The position numbers were made by a program, and so were the translations under genes. 64,000 nt of DNA from Antedon mediterranea (Eukaryota > Animalia > Echinodermata), in contig NC_092672.1 in the NCBI RefSeq assembly GCF_964355755.1, positions 19,357,237-19,421,236 of the forward strand. The letters are read 5' to 3'. Shown here piece after piece: positions 29,801-41,800 of this stretch (position 1 is its first letter; each line of letters starts with the position of its first letter). The notes below the pieces were generated by a model that worked only from the letters and a program-made list of their open reading frames with translations, was not told the origin of the DNA and did no database searches.

Positions 29801-32800
29801 TTTCGAATAGTGTACCAAGTTCTTTAGCGTGCACTGTTAAGTACACGGGACCAACGGCTTTACGTCCCATCTGAAGGACGAGGCAATGAGAGTAAAGCAT
29901 CTTGCCTAAGGATGCAATTAGTATGGTACAGATAACCTCGAACCCATGCCTATCACATGCTAGTTCGATATTACCTTTCCACCATCACTCTCTGGTGTAT
30001 ATACAGCACCCGCTATTTCTAGACGGTCTCCCATCCAGAACGCAACCGGGCCCAACGTTGCTTAACTTCGGTGATCTGACGAGAACCGGTGTTTCAACGC
30101 AGTATGGCCGTATAATTTGCACACGTGACTAAAGTCATGTATACGGCCTTGTTAATCATCTATTTAAATAATAATAAATACAACATAGTATAAAACTGAC
30201 TCCAAATAACAATGATTCAACGTTTCAAACTTTATTTGATCATCATCAGGAATGATGATAAAATGTAAGCATTATTGTTATTATTATGGAATGCTTTATT
30301 AAATAGGTAACAGCAGTGAGCACCAGTGCTTTGCACAGTCTGTAGTATAATTAAAATGATTCCATCTTCTATCATTGTTATATTTATTCATCTTCTTCAT
30401 CATTATAAGACAATAACAAACAAACTCGTTTAAATATAAATCTACCCACTGTAATGTTGGTGTTGCTACAGATTTTCATATTTTAGAACAATGACAGATT
30501 ATCAATGCTTACTTTATAGCATTCATTCAAGTATAAGCAATAATGTCAACAGTATACTATTTGAAAATCACAAGATAAAAAGATCAACTTTATTATTATG
30601 ATTTTGTAAAGCTTAATATTTGTTAACATACTGTTCATTCTTTTAAATTCAAACTTTATTTATCCACAAAATATCAAAGATTAAAAATAAACTTGTTTCA
30701 AAAATGAAAAAAATTTAAAACAGTGATCGTGCCTTTAGTTGCATGGTCATTGACACTATTTTAACTAAAATAACTAACTAAAATTTAAAGTTTAGTTAGC
30801 AAAGTTCAAAAGGATGAATTAAAACACCTAATAATAACCTTAAAAAGAGGCTACGAGGATGCTTGTTTTTCTTGTCTTACCATTATTGAATAAATGTTAT
30901 TGAATTGAAATTAAATTGAATTGAATTAACAGCCACCACATATTATAATATACATTAATGACAAAATATGATGTTTTAATTAAGTTTAACTAAAAATGAA
31001 AAACTACAATGTGTATTCCCTTTGCGTACTGATCAGCCATTTTTTATTGTTGCAAGGTTTCAAAATGATGCAATGAACTTTACTCCGTCCATTGGATTGA
31101 ATGTTAAATCGTCCAAAATAAGTCCTGATAATGAACAGAACAGAGTATGCTCAGTATAATGTGCATTAAGCATGCGCAGATTAATATTTTGTGTAGATTA
31201 CCGTGATCCTTTCATCTACCGTCCACCTTTGTCTACCATACTGTCATAAAGTCACTAGTAGGTTTTATTGTAAATTAACAGCAACAGCTACTGTATACTA
31301 AACAGTAGTACTAATCATTGTCAGTATTTTCATTTCTATTGTAAATTAATAGTCAACAGATACCTCTTAGAATCGGTAAGTCATACATTCTACTCATTCA
31401 CCCTTTACCAAAAATTTTGTATTTTTAAAATGTCTTTCTTTCCATCATATATTCATTTATGACTGACAATTTTATACTTATAGTTTCATTCTATTGTAAA
31501 ACAATAATACTCTCTTTGTCATTACATTCAGCCTCTTACATTAACATTCAAATGAATTCAGAATAAATACATTTGAATGATGAAGCCTAAAAAAAAAACA
31601 GAATAACTAAAATACAAATAAATTGGTATATTTCTATACTATTGTACCTTATAACACAAGCATCTCCTGTTCGTCCGAAGCGCGTAACAATTTTGAAAGG
31701 CATTGTCAGATAGAATAGAGCTAATGGGTGGCGCCATTGTGAGCCATGGAGTAGCGTGCCCTCATCAAATTAGAAAGTCAAAATCATAGAGGGGATCTGC
31801 TAATACTATAGAGGGATAGAGTAATTGACTGAGCCCTATAGGAATTAATAGTTTTGACTTCCTAGTTTGGAGGGGGCGCTGCTCCATGCTGTGAAATGGC
31901 GTCGCCCAGTTTGACCTTTTAACCCTGTACTTCCGATACTGTGTTTTAAATGCAAATTAAAGAACAGGAGATTCTTGTGTTATAAGTTCTTTGCTTTGAT
32001 GGAGATGATGATACATAAAACTGTTATAAAGCCTATCAAACATACAGTGCTAGTTGACGGTGATTATTTGCTTTTTGTTAAAAGTAAATAATAGTCAACC
32101 AGAAATAAAACTTGGTTTAATAAAGCTTTGGTTGCCAACGCAATGTAGGTGCTACGCAAGTGCGTTGACCAATAACAAGCAACAGTTTGGATAATCCATC
32201 ACATTCTGATTGGTAAATTTGCTTGATTTAATTTACAAAAAAATTGCATAGACTACAGACAAATGGACAGACTAAATGTTGGGACAAACAAACTTATTAC
32301 ATGCAATTATTACTTAAAAAATAATTTGGGATTTACACTAACCATCTGAATATACATATACCTTAATACCTTATCCAACATGAATACAGTGTTTAAACAG
32401 CGCATAATACTATGCCTTTGTAGATTCACGTGCACGCGCATTTAAAATTTCAAAATGTGCAAAAATTAATTTCTAATCAACTTTTTACGCGTTTCATGTC
32501 ACTTTGAGCATGTCAAAAATTCCCACGGGCGCGCAATTTTTTACGCACGCGGTGCGCACGTAGCGATAAAAACATATTTTTTTCTCTTGAATTATATTTT
32601 TCAAGCCTTTCCTAGTAATTTTGAAAACAATTTAGACCTTTTCCAGTTTAAATAACGACATACGAACACGTTGAATTTGACAATTTGTGCGCGTTTTTTA
32701 TGAAAAAGCTTAAAAAATCATCAAAATAATGTCTTTTTTTAAACAGTCATAGTTTCTAAAGTAAACCGTGAACCGTTTATTTTTATTACAAAATCTAGAA

Positions 32801-35800
32801 GTTGATGAGTTGCAGATATCGGATCATGCATCGATAAGGCTAAAAAAACATTGTGACGTAATCGTATGGCCACGCGAATGTAAAATATAGGATTTTTGTC
32901 TGTTTCGTTATTGCTCATCACATTCAATGGAGTGCATCACGCTTATCTGTATTCCTTTTTCTCCTATATTTATATATTGTCTAGGTCAATCAACTTTCTT
33001 TAGCATGAGATAAAAATATTTAAATTTTTATAACGTCATCATGCCTAAAAATTTTAATTACGTGGGTCATTAATTTCATCTTTACAGTAAATTTTATTCT
33101 GTAATAGCTCGTAAGAATAAAATGTGATAATCACGATTAAAACGTTTTCTGGAAGCTATAGGATTGTAGATACGAATTCATGTAAACATTTTGCCAATCG
33201 GATGTTGTGACGTCATCATATTGCCAGTTGAATAAAAAAAGTCGTATTTTCATATTTTGCGTAATAGTTCATCACATTTAAATGTGCGCGCACCAACATT
33301 TTACGTATTCAAATTTCTTCTACACGTTAATATGTTGTTGCTAAGATAATTTTCTTCAGAAATTGCTATCGTTGTGTTGTTTTTTTTATGACGTCATCAT
33401 GTTAAATATTTGAATTAAAGGCAGGTCCCATAATTCAGTTAATATGTCATATAATATACAGTAGTACAATGTACACCAGCATAGTCTCTGATGTGAGCAA
33501 ATTGTTGTTTGCCGCCCTCTGTATCATGTAGAATTAATGTCTCCTTTTATACACAGTGTACTGTATAATTATAATACAAGGCGAAAATACAGGACCACCT
33601 CTTATTATAGTTTTTAACGTATGACGTGCACGTGGCATCTGTCGTGCGGATAACTAACTCGTCAAAGTGACGAGTTTCATGTCTAGTTTGTTTATTGGTA
33701 TACTCAGTATGCATGGTCTACTAGGAAAGTTGTATGTAGCCTCAGTGAATATTATTCACATCCTATACACAATATATATTATTCCACTGTTTGTCTTCAA
33801 TGTTCATCAAAATAATATATTAATATTTATTAGCTTGTTATAAAATCATTAGTTATAGGATTTATAGTATAGATAATTTTTAGTTGCATTGAATCTTTTT
33901 CAAATGTTGGTATATATACATGTGAATCAATAATGTTTATTTCTTTGTTATAATTACTGTATAATGACTTATTTCCAGTGATTTTTTTTTTATATCTTTG
34001 AATTAAAAAGAACAACAATTTTTATGAATTTGTTTGAATGTAAATTTTATTAATTTTTTGTAAGTCAATTCAATAAGTATAACACAAATAATAAAGATCT
34101 TAAAATCTATTAAACTGTATAAATGTTAAGTTTGCATTTCTTATGTACTGTATTGATTTTCAGATTCAATATTTTTCACATCGATATGATTTGTTAGGTT
34201 CTTGGTATTCTGGCATCAGCCAAACCTTTACCCATTTTAATTCTCTGACAGACTTGAGCTATTCAGGGAGGTATAAAAATGGTCATGGTATTTCTAAAAA
34301 CTGTCCATTTGATCTAACAACTTTAAAAAATGAAACAAATATGGTTAAAAAGATGTCTACAATTAAATTGTCCATTTTTTTTTATCAGATTAAACTCAAG
34401 ATTAACATTGTTACAATCAATATTGAGACTAATATGCTACACTTGCAAGAACTTGTACTAGCTAAACTCCACCACAACACCATAGAGCAATGAACTATTT
34501 CTTTGCTCTATGATCACATAAAGGATAATTAACATAATTAAGTTACTTAAAACATGTTCCTGAAAGTAAAAGTTTGTATGCCAAACCTTCAATAATTTAA
34601 TATTTAAAAAAATTTATATAAATAAAACTAAAATGTGATTGATAATTTAAATACCAGCAACAACATTTTGACATTAAAATTGAAATAATACAAAATTGTA
34701 TAAAAGTATAACATAATTATCATATTTTTATAAAAATGTATACAAAAGTAGAAATCAAATTCTGAAAACTAATTTGACTTGGTTACATTGCGTATGATGA
34801 TGCAGTAAATAGTTGCAAATTGATTTTTGTAAAGTAACCCTCTGTATAAATTACATACCAAATGAATATGTGCAACTGTAAGATATATACAGTATAACCA
34901 ATATTGTATGTATTTCATATTATAGGGTGGTTGGACAGCTTTGCATTCAGCAGCAACTAATGGACACACAGCCTGCTGCAGCCTGCTGTTGAATGCAGGA
35001 GCAGGTGTCAATCTATCAAGCAAAGTAAGTCATCTTCATTATTATTCATTGTCATTTTTAAATATATAACATTTTATATTTTAAACATAATGATCTTTTG
35101 GGTAATAATATTTAATGTATAAAACTCCATTGATGCTGAAATTGGCATAATTTGAAGATCAATATATTTTTTCTCTGATACTAGTCATGAAAATTGCTAT
35201 GACACTACATTAACATTTTGTCATGTATTTCCATTGAACAATTAAAACAATGGAAATGATAGTGTCAATTTTACTTAACTAAACTACAGCAACATGCTAT
35301 ATGCACAATTGAAATATATCATCCTTATTCCAAAGTGTTGATATACAGTAATTTAAACAGTATTATGAACACTACAATTTTTAAAAATTTTAATATTTCT
35401 TTAGATCATTATGATTTTGTATATCTTAAAAGTTCCTTTTTTACCAAAATGTTTTAATAACTTTTGAAACACTATGATTCTACCTACATTATCAAATGCA
35501 GCATTCGACAGCTTGCAAAGAAATTGAAAAACACATTTTTCGTGCAAATTTGCTGTTCTGACATAGCTTAATAGATGAAGGTGAATCAAACAATGCCCCA
35601 GCTCAAAAGGCGCTTATTATCAGTCTTCCGGTTTAGGAGGAGTCACAGTAACAAATGTTAAGTTGTATAATATAGATTGGCTTGCTACTCATATTAGTCA
35701 TTGTTGGTCAATATTTGCCTATTTTTGTCTTATTAAAAATCTGAAGTATTCTACCTATTTTTGGGTTATTTAAAATTGGTTGTTGATTTTGTCTTTTAAA

Positions 35801-38800
35801 TCGTTAAATTGTGCGTAGTGCTACCAATTTGAAAGGTATTAAATTTAAAAGCAATGCCAAGACTGGAATTCTGTTTGGATATCATAGATGAAATACCCTT
35901 GTAGCATCGCAAAGATATCATTTTTGATAGATGAATTTGACAATTGGAAAAAAAAAGACATTGTTTGGTATCAAATTGGTGGCAAATGCTACCATACATT
36001 TTTGGAAAGCTTAGTATGTCTACTTTTTAGAAATCCATGATAGCAATGCCAATTGTACAGCTTAATAATTTATGATTATATAACACCGCCTACAGAAAAT
36101 ATGCAACACAAAATCTTGGGGTAGGTGGTAGTGTAATTTTGCAAGTCCAACAATTATTGACAACATTAGAGGTCAGAAGGTCATAGAAGTGTAATAAAAG
36201 TTGAAATTTCGTCTAATATTAACTTTTGACAAAACAAATACAATATAAATCTTATGCAAACTGATGTTTTCATGAACATAGATCCAATGAACAAGAAAAT
36301 TGAATTAAAAAAAAAAGAATATACATTACAAATTGTTGTACATAGCAGCACATGTATGTGCCTGATTGAGGCAGGATCAGATGTAAATGTTACAGTCATT
36401 TAACTTTTTCTTCAAATTTAAAAAGTTTAGCTTCATTTTTCATAAAATCTACAAATTGAAGTAGTAAAGATGATGATGGATGATGATATACAACAATTAC
36501 AATACATTAGTTTATATTTTTTAATGACAGGTTTGCCAAATATAATTGTGGCACATTGCCGCATATAATTACTGTAGATAAAACCTGTTTAAATTAAATT
36601 TGCTCATAAAAGCATTATTGTTCTACGGAGTGTGCCTTGAAGGCTTTGGTCTTTGCTCTATCATCCTCTGTACCCCATCGCTTGTAGTATAATATCCCAC
36701 TACCCGGTCTATGTTAAAGGCATCCATGTATACTAATTCATATTATATTTACCTGCTTCAAATAAAAAAATGGATAGCTAGATTGTTTTAAATTTAAAGA
36801 AATGCAGAGAATAATTTGCAAGCATATAATTATATTTGAACATAATGAACAAGTACCTAGAAGGTACAGTAGTCTTCTTTATTGTACCTTTTTAACATCC
36901 TAGATGTGGGTAAAGTACTTTCCAAGAATCCTCTCTCACTTCTCATCTGTTGTGCTGGCATACATATTTTATTTGTTTTATTCTTTGACTTCATTTATAT
37001 ATTATCTTTCATTTATATGTAATTGTGAAACATTCTAAGCATGCCATGAAAACATTTTATTATCTTATTTTATGCAATGTTATTATATTCTTCAATTTAA
37101 AGTAGGATCTTGATGTTTTTCAACAACAGCTAGCTATAGAAAGAAAGTTGATTGAATATAATTATATGTAAATTTTTCAGAAAATTCAGTCGATGATCAC
37201 TGGTTTAAAAAAAAGAAATATTTGATACAGTATTTAAAATGAATTAATGAAAACAATTATGCATTTCTTCAATAGTCGCAAATGGTAACTGGCCTCTTAA
37301 TTTATTTCAAAATGTACCCAACTTTGTCAATAAATGATCCAATATTGTGAAATAAGTAAATAATATTCTAATTTTAGCTATTAATTATGTGAAAATCATT
37401 CAATTTGAGGCCTCTAATATTAATCTCATATTAGTAAGCATGTCCTGATCAATTTTAAATTTCAGTGCTAAATAAACTTGTCTCCTAAATCTAAAACTTA
37501 GTTTTCTTCATTTTTCTGAGATAAAACATTGTTTGAATGCCTTTCTGATGAATTTGACAGTAAAACAAAGGTAATTTCATTGCAAACCATTGTTTATATC
37601 ACCATAGTTAATACAGTTTTAAAGAAAACTGAATAGGCCAAATTTGTTTCATGTCCAGGATTTGAATTTTTTATTTTTTATTTGAGAAATGTACAAAATA
37701 TGTGAAAGATGGTCTTACAGTTCAGTTGTGTTTACATACCTTAGAGTGTGTAATAAATGCTTCATTTTTATTATTTTTTTATTACTATTAAAAGATACAA
37801 TGTAGCTAATAGATTAGAAAGTCTTCCATCTACAAAATTTGATTATAAAGGAAATATGAAACTAATTAACATTTTGTTTTTATTTATTTTATCTTTCATA
37901 TGTTATTAATCTATAATTTATATATAATACAGCTTGTGTATTTTATACCCCTTTCACACCAAAAGCAAAACTCCGGAGACACCCCGGAGTTGACGCCCCG
38001 CTGTTTGGTGTGAAAGGTAAAATCAAGCAACTCCGGAGTTTAAAACTGCGGGGTTGAACAGCTGAACATTCTCCGGAGAGCGAACTGCGGGGACACCCCG
38101 GTGTTTTGGTGTGAAAGGTACCAACATCAAACTCCGGAGTGTTTCGGGTCAAAAGGTTATCCTCGCAATCAATTATTTATTTAGTTTTATTTTAAAACAC
38201 TATAAATATTTGTAAAAAATATATAGCGGGTCTAGAAAATAATAAGTAGTATAAATAAAACATTATATTACTTCTGAGACTTTTGAAAGTAATTATTAAA
38301 TTTAAAATATTATTAATTAAAATGATTCTAATGATCGTCGCTATGTAAACAAACAAAATAGAGGGCGACATTTGCAATTTTATTTTATAAACCCCGGTGT
38401 TGCTAGGTTGGTGTGAAAGGGGTATCTCCGGAGTTTCTCGACGTTTTGAATGGTCATAAACCCCGGGGTGTCTCCGGAGACACTCCGGAGTTTTGGTGTG
38501 AAAGGGGTATGACAGTGTTCTTTCTTCTTTATTTTAAATTAAAAAACGCCAGTTTGGAGCAATGTCAAATGATCAAAGCTAAACTTAATTGTCAAAAATA
38601 ATAATTATAATACAGTTAACCTTTCCACCTACGCACTGTAATTCTTAATTACAAACTTTCTTATTTACAAATGCCGGTCATCACTAAGTTTGTTTACACT
38701 TGATATACTTACTTTCTGCATGTAAATTATGTTATTTCAAAATTACATGCGGAACAATAAAGTTATTGATTAATCATTAATACTCCTCACACTTATTTAA

Positions 38801-41800
38801 ATTTTATTAATCAAATACTGTAATTTAATAATATTGATAATGTGCCAAATTTTTAAGTTAAATTGAGATTTGCTATTCTCTTAAAAACAAAAAACCAATA
38901 TATTCTTAGGCTAAATCTTACATAATTTATTTTAAATTGTATTTTTAAGTGTATATGGTCATTATTACAGTTATGATCATACTTCAGTTGAATATAATTT
39001 CCATTAAACAATTCTATAAGAGAAGGAGCACAATACGTGCAATAGCTTTCTTTAACTTACCAGTATTTTCAGTTAATTTATTGCAATTATATCCTGCATT
39101 AATATCATTGCAATTATTATACTACTATATAATTTGTATTCAAGCAAATTATGTAGTTAGACAGGGGTAATAATGTCAGCTGCATTACATCAAATCAAGA
39201 AATTTTAATACAATTACACTGCTAGAAACAATGGTCAATCCAATTGTGGTCCCAATATGTCCTTCATAAAGAATGGGAAAATAATAATAATAATGGATAA
39301 ATAAATGACAAATATTGTTTATTATTATTATAACTTTAAAATCATAGCACATGGGCAGTACTCACCAATTTTCATATTTGTTGCTCATACCAAAATGTAA
39401 AACCACTAATGCTAGAGAATTTATTTGTTACAGACTTATGGCAAAATCAGCATTGTATTAAACTATCGCATGGAAGTTTTCAAATAATATATACTATGGC
39501 CCTGTTTCTTCTGCCAAGAATATACACACTGTATATTATTTTATATGGTATTTTTTGTGGCAGCAGAAATGGGTCTCATAAAAAATATACTGTATAAATA
39601 TACCGTATAATCTTGATCATTATCGATATCGTTATCTCTGATATTTTATCATACTGTATATTTCTTGCACCTTTCTGCTGCGTCATGAATATACCATCTA
39701 TATTGTTCACCCATAACACAAGGTTTGTTGAGCATACCCTACTTAGAACAATTACTAAAATGTCACAGTGGACTGAAAATCTTAAGATATTTGCTCTATT
39801 TAAATGTGATAGAACCGAGGTTTCAGGGTAATAGGAGATGTGGGGTTTGGTTGTCGTCAAAACAAGTGAACAGTAAGCAGTACAAAACAGCAATGGACAA
39901 TGACTGAAAGTTAGGTAGACACGGGGTTATCCGGTCCCATATGGGATTTTACGGGATTGAACCATAGCTATCTATTCCTCAATCCATACAATCCCACAAA
40001 GTAGTTTTCAAAGGAAACGGGTCACCGAATTATAATTCTAATATATTATTACGTTATGTTTATGCCGTACATATTGTAGCAGAAACAGGGCCTATCTTAT
40101 ACCCCTTTCACACCAAAAGCAAAACTCCGGAGACACTCCGGAGACACCCCGGAGTTGACGTCCCGCTGTTTGGTGTGAAAGGTAAAATCAAGCAACTCCG
40201 GAGTTTAAAACTGCGGGGTTGAACAGCTGAACATTCTCCGGAGAGCGAACTCCGGGGACACCCCGGAGTTTTGGTGTGAAAGGTACCAACATCAAACTCC
40301 GGAGTGTTTCGGGTCAAAAGGTCATCCTCACACGATCACTCATTGCTTTAGTTTTATTTCAAAATACTTTAAATATTTGTAAAAAATATATAGCGGGTCT
40401 AGAAAATAATAAGTAGTATCAATAAAATATTATATTACTTCTGAGACTTTTGAAAGTAATTATTAAATTAAACATATTATTAATTAAAATGATTCTAATG
40501 ATCGTCGCTATGTAAACAAACAAAATAGAGGGCGACATTTACAATTTTATTTTATAAACCCCGGAGTTGCTAGGTTGGTGTGAAAGGGGTATCTCCGGAG
40601 TTTCTCGACGTTTTGAATGATAATAAACCCCGGGGTGTCTCCGGAGACACTCCGGAGTTTTGGTGTGAAAGGGGTATTACATTAATGGCTCATTGGGATG
40701 ACTAAAGGTTGGTATTAATAGTAATACCTAAGGGTAGACTCACAGCGTTAGGTTTGTTATCCAACACAAGGTAATCCTCTCTTGCTAGGGTTCCTATTAA
40801 CGCTTTTTTTGTTGTTGTACATCATTGCTTTTTTATACCGTTGCCACCGCATTTTCGGTCTTTGCAATACCCATGTTTATACTGTTATATACATTAATAT
40901 CTTTCCTTTTTTAATAGTGCCCTCTATGTTTTGATATTTTCCTAAAATGTTATAGTGCATGCTATTAGTGTGGACATACTGTCATAAAACCTCTCAATAT
41001 TTCATTTGTTCAAGTTGAGATGTCATACTTTAATTCATCGTTCACATCAGCAGTTGATTGAATGTAATGTTTAAATATTATCTACTCAACAAGAATATGT
41101 TCCATTTGTATAATGTACAGTAAGCATTAATAAACTTTACATTATTTTTTCTTTGCGTATCTAAATACCCTATAAAGTATGAATACACATGTGGTTGATA
41201 ACCACAATAAAACAAAATATAGATAAATTGCCAGACATATTCTACACATTCTCCTGATTCTAAATTGGTACACATACAGGGCCCACAGGGTCTTTCTGTT
41301 TCACTACATGATACTGGTACTGCTATTTCTACAAAGCAATCTCACTGTTTTAATAAATTCCGAAACTTATTAAAAAGGTGAGATTCTATGCTGCTTTCTG
41401 TCTGCAAATAACTTTCTCAATTCCAATAATTCAGACAACAATGAATAAAAATAAACATAAAAAAATATTTTTTAAAGAAAGTTTTAATTATTGTTCTTTC
41501 TTCATTAAATGATATTTTATAAATTGATATTCTATTTAATAATTTTAGAAATAAAGATTTATTATCAATTATTTTTGTTTAAAAATCAGTAGTAAACATT
41601 TTGTGTAACATAAAATAGTTTGAATTACTATAGACAATAGTACTATGCATATTCTGAGTGGCATTACTCTGTAAGGTTTGAGTGACCCACTCATACCCCC
41701 AAACATTTCAGTGAACAAAAAATATATAATTTTCCATGAGCCTTCATCGTACAACAGCCGCCGACAAACGTACTCACTAATCAAACAATTCCTCATCTAT

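Larger units (their letters stand above)
33687..40803 (+). repeat. Segmental duplication copy B' (contains ankyrin exon A3)
   Basis: Matches 20423-27078 apart from copy-specific MITE insertions and small indels. Confidence 0.97.

Noticed and set aside
30002-30112. Functional 5S rRNA gene
   Set aside because: Diverged from the 5S consensus, lacks an oligo-T terminator, single copy, and fused to a SINE body.
34143-34493. 116-aa + strand ORF just upstream of exon A3
   Set aside because: Low-complexity AT-driven composition, and disrupted by a MITE and indels in the paralogous copy.
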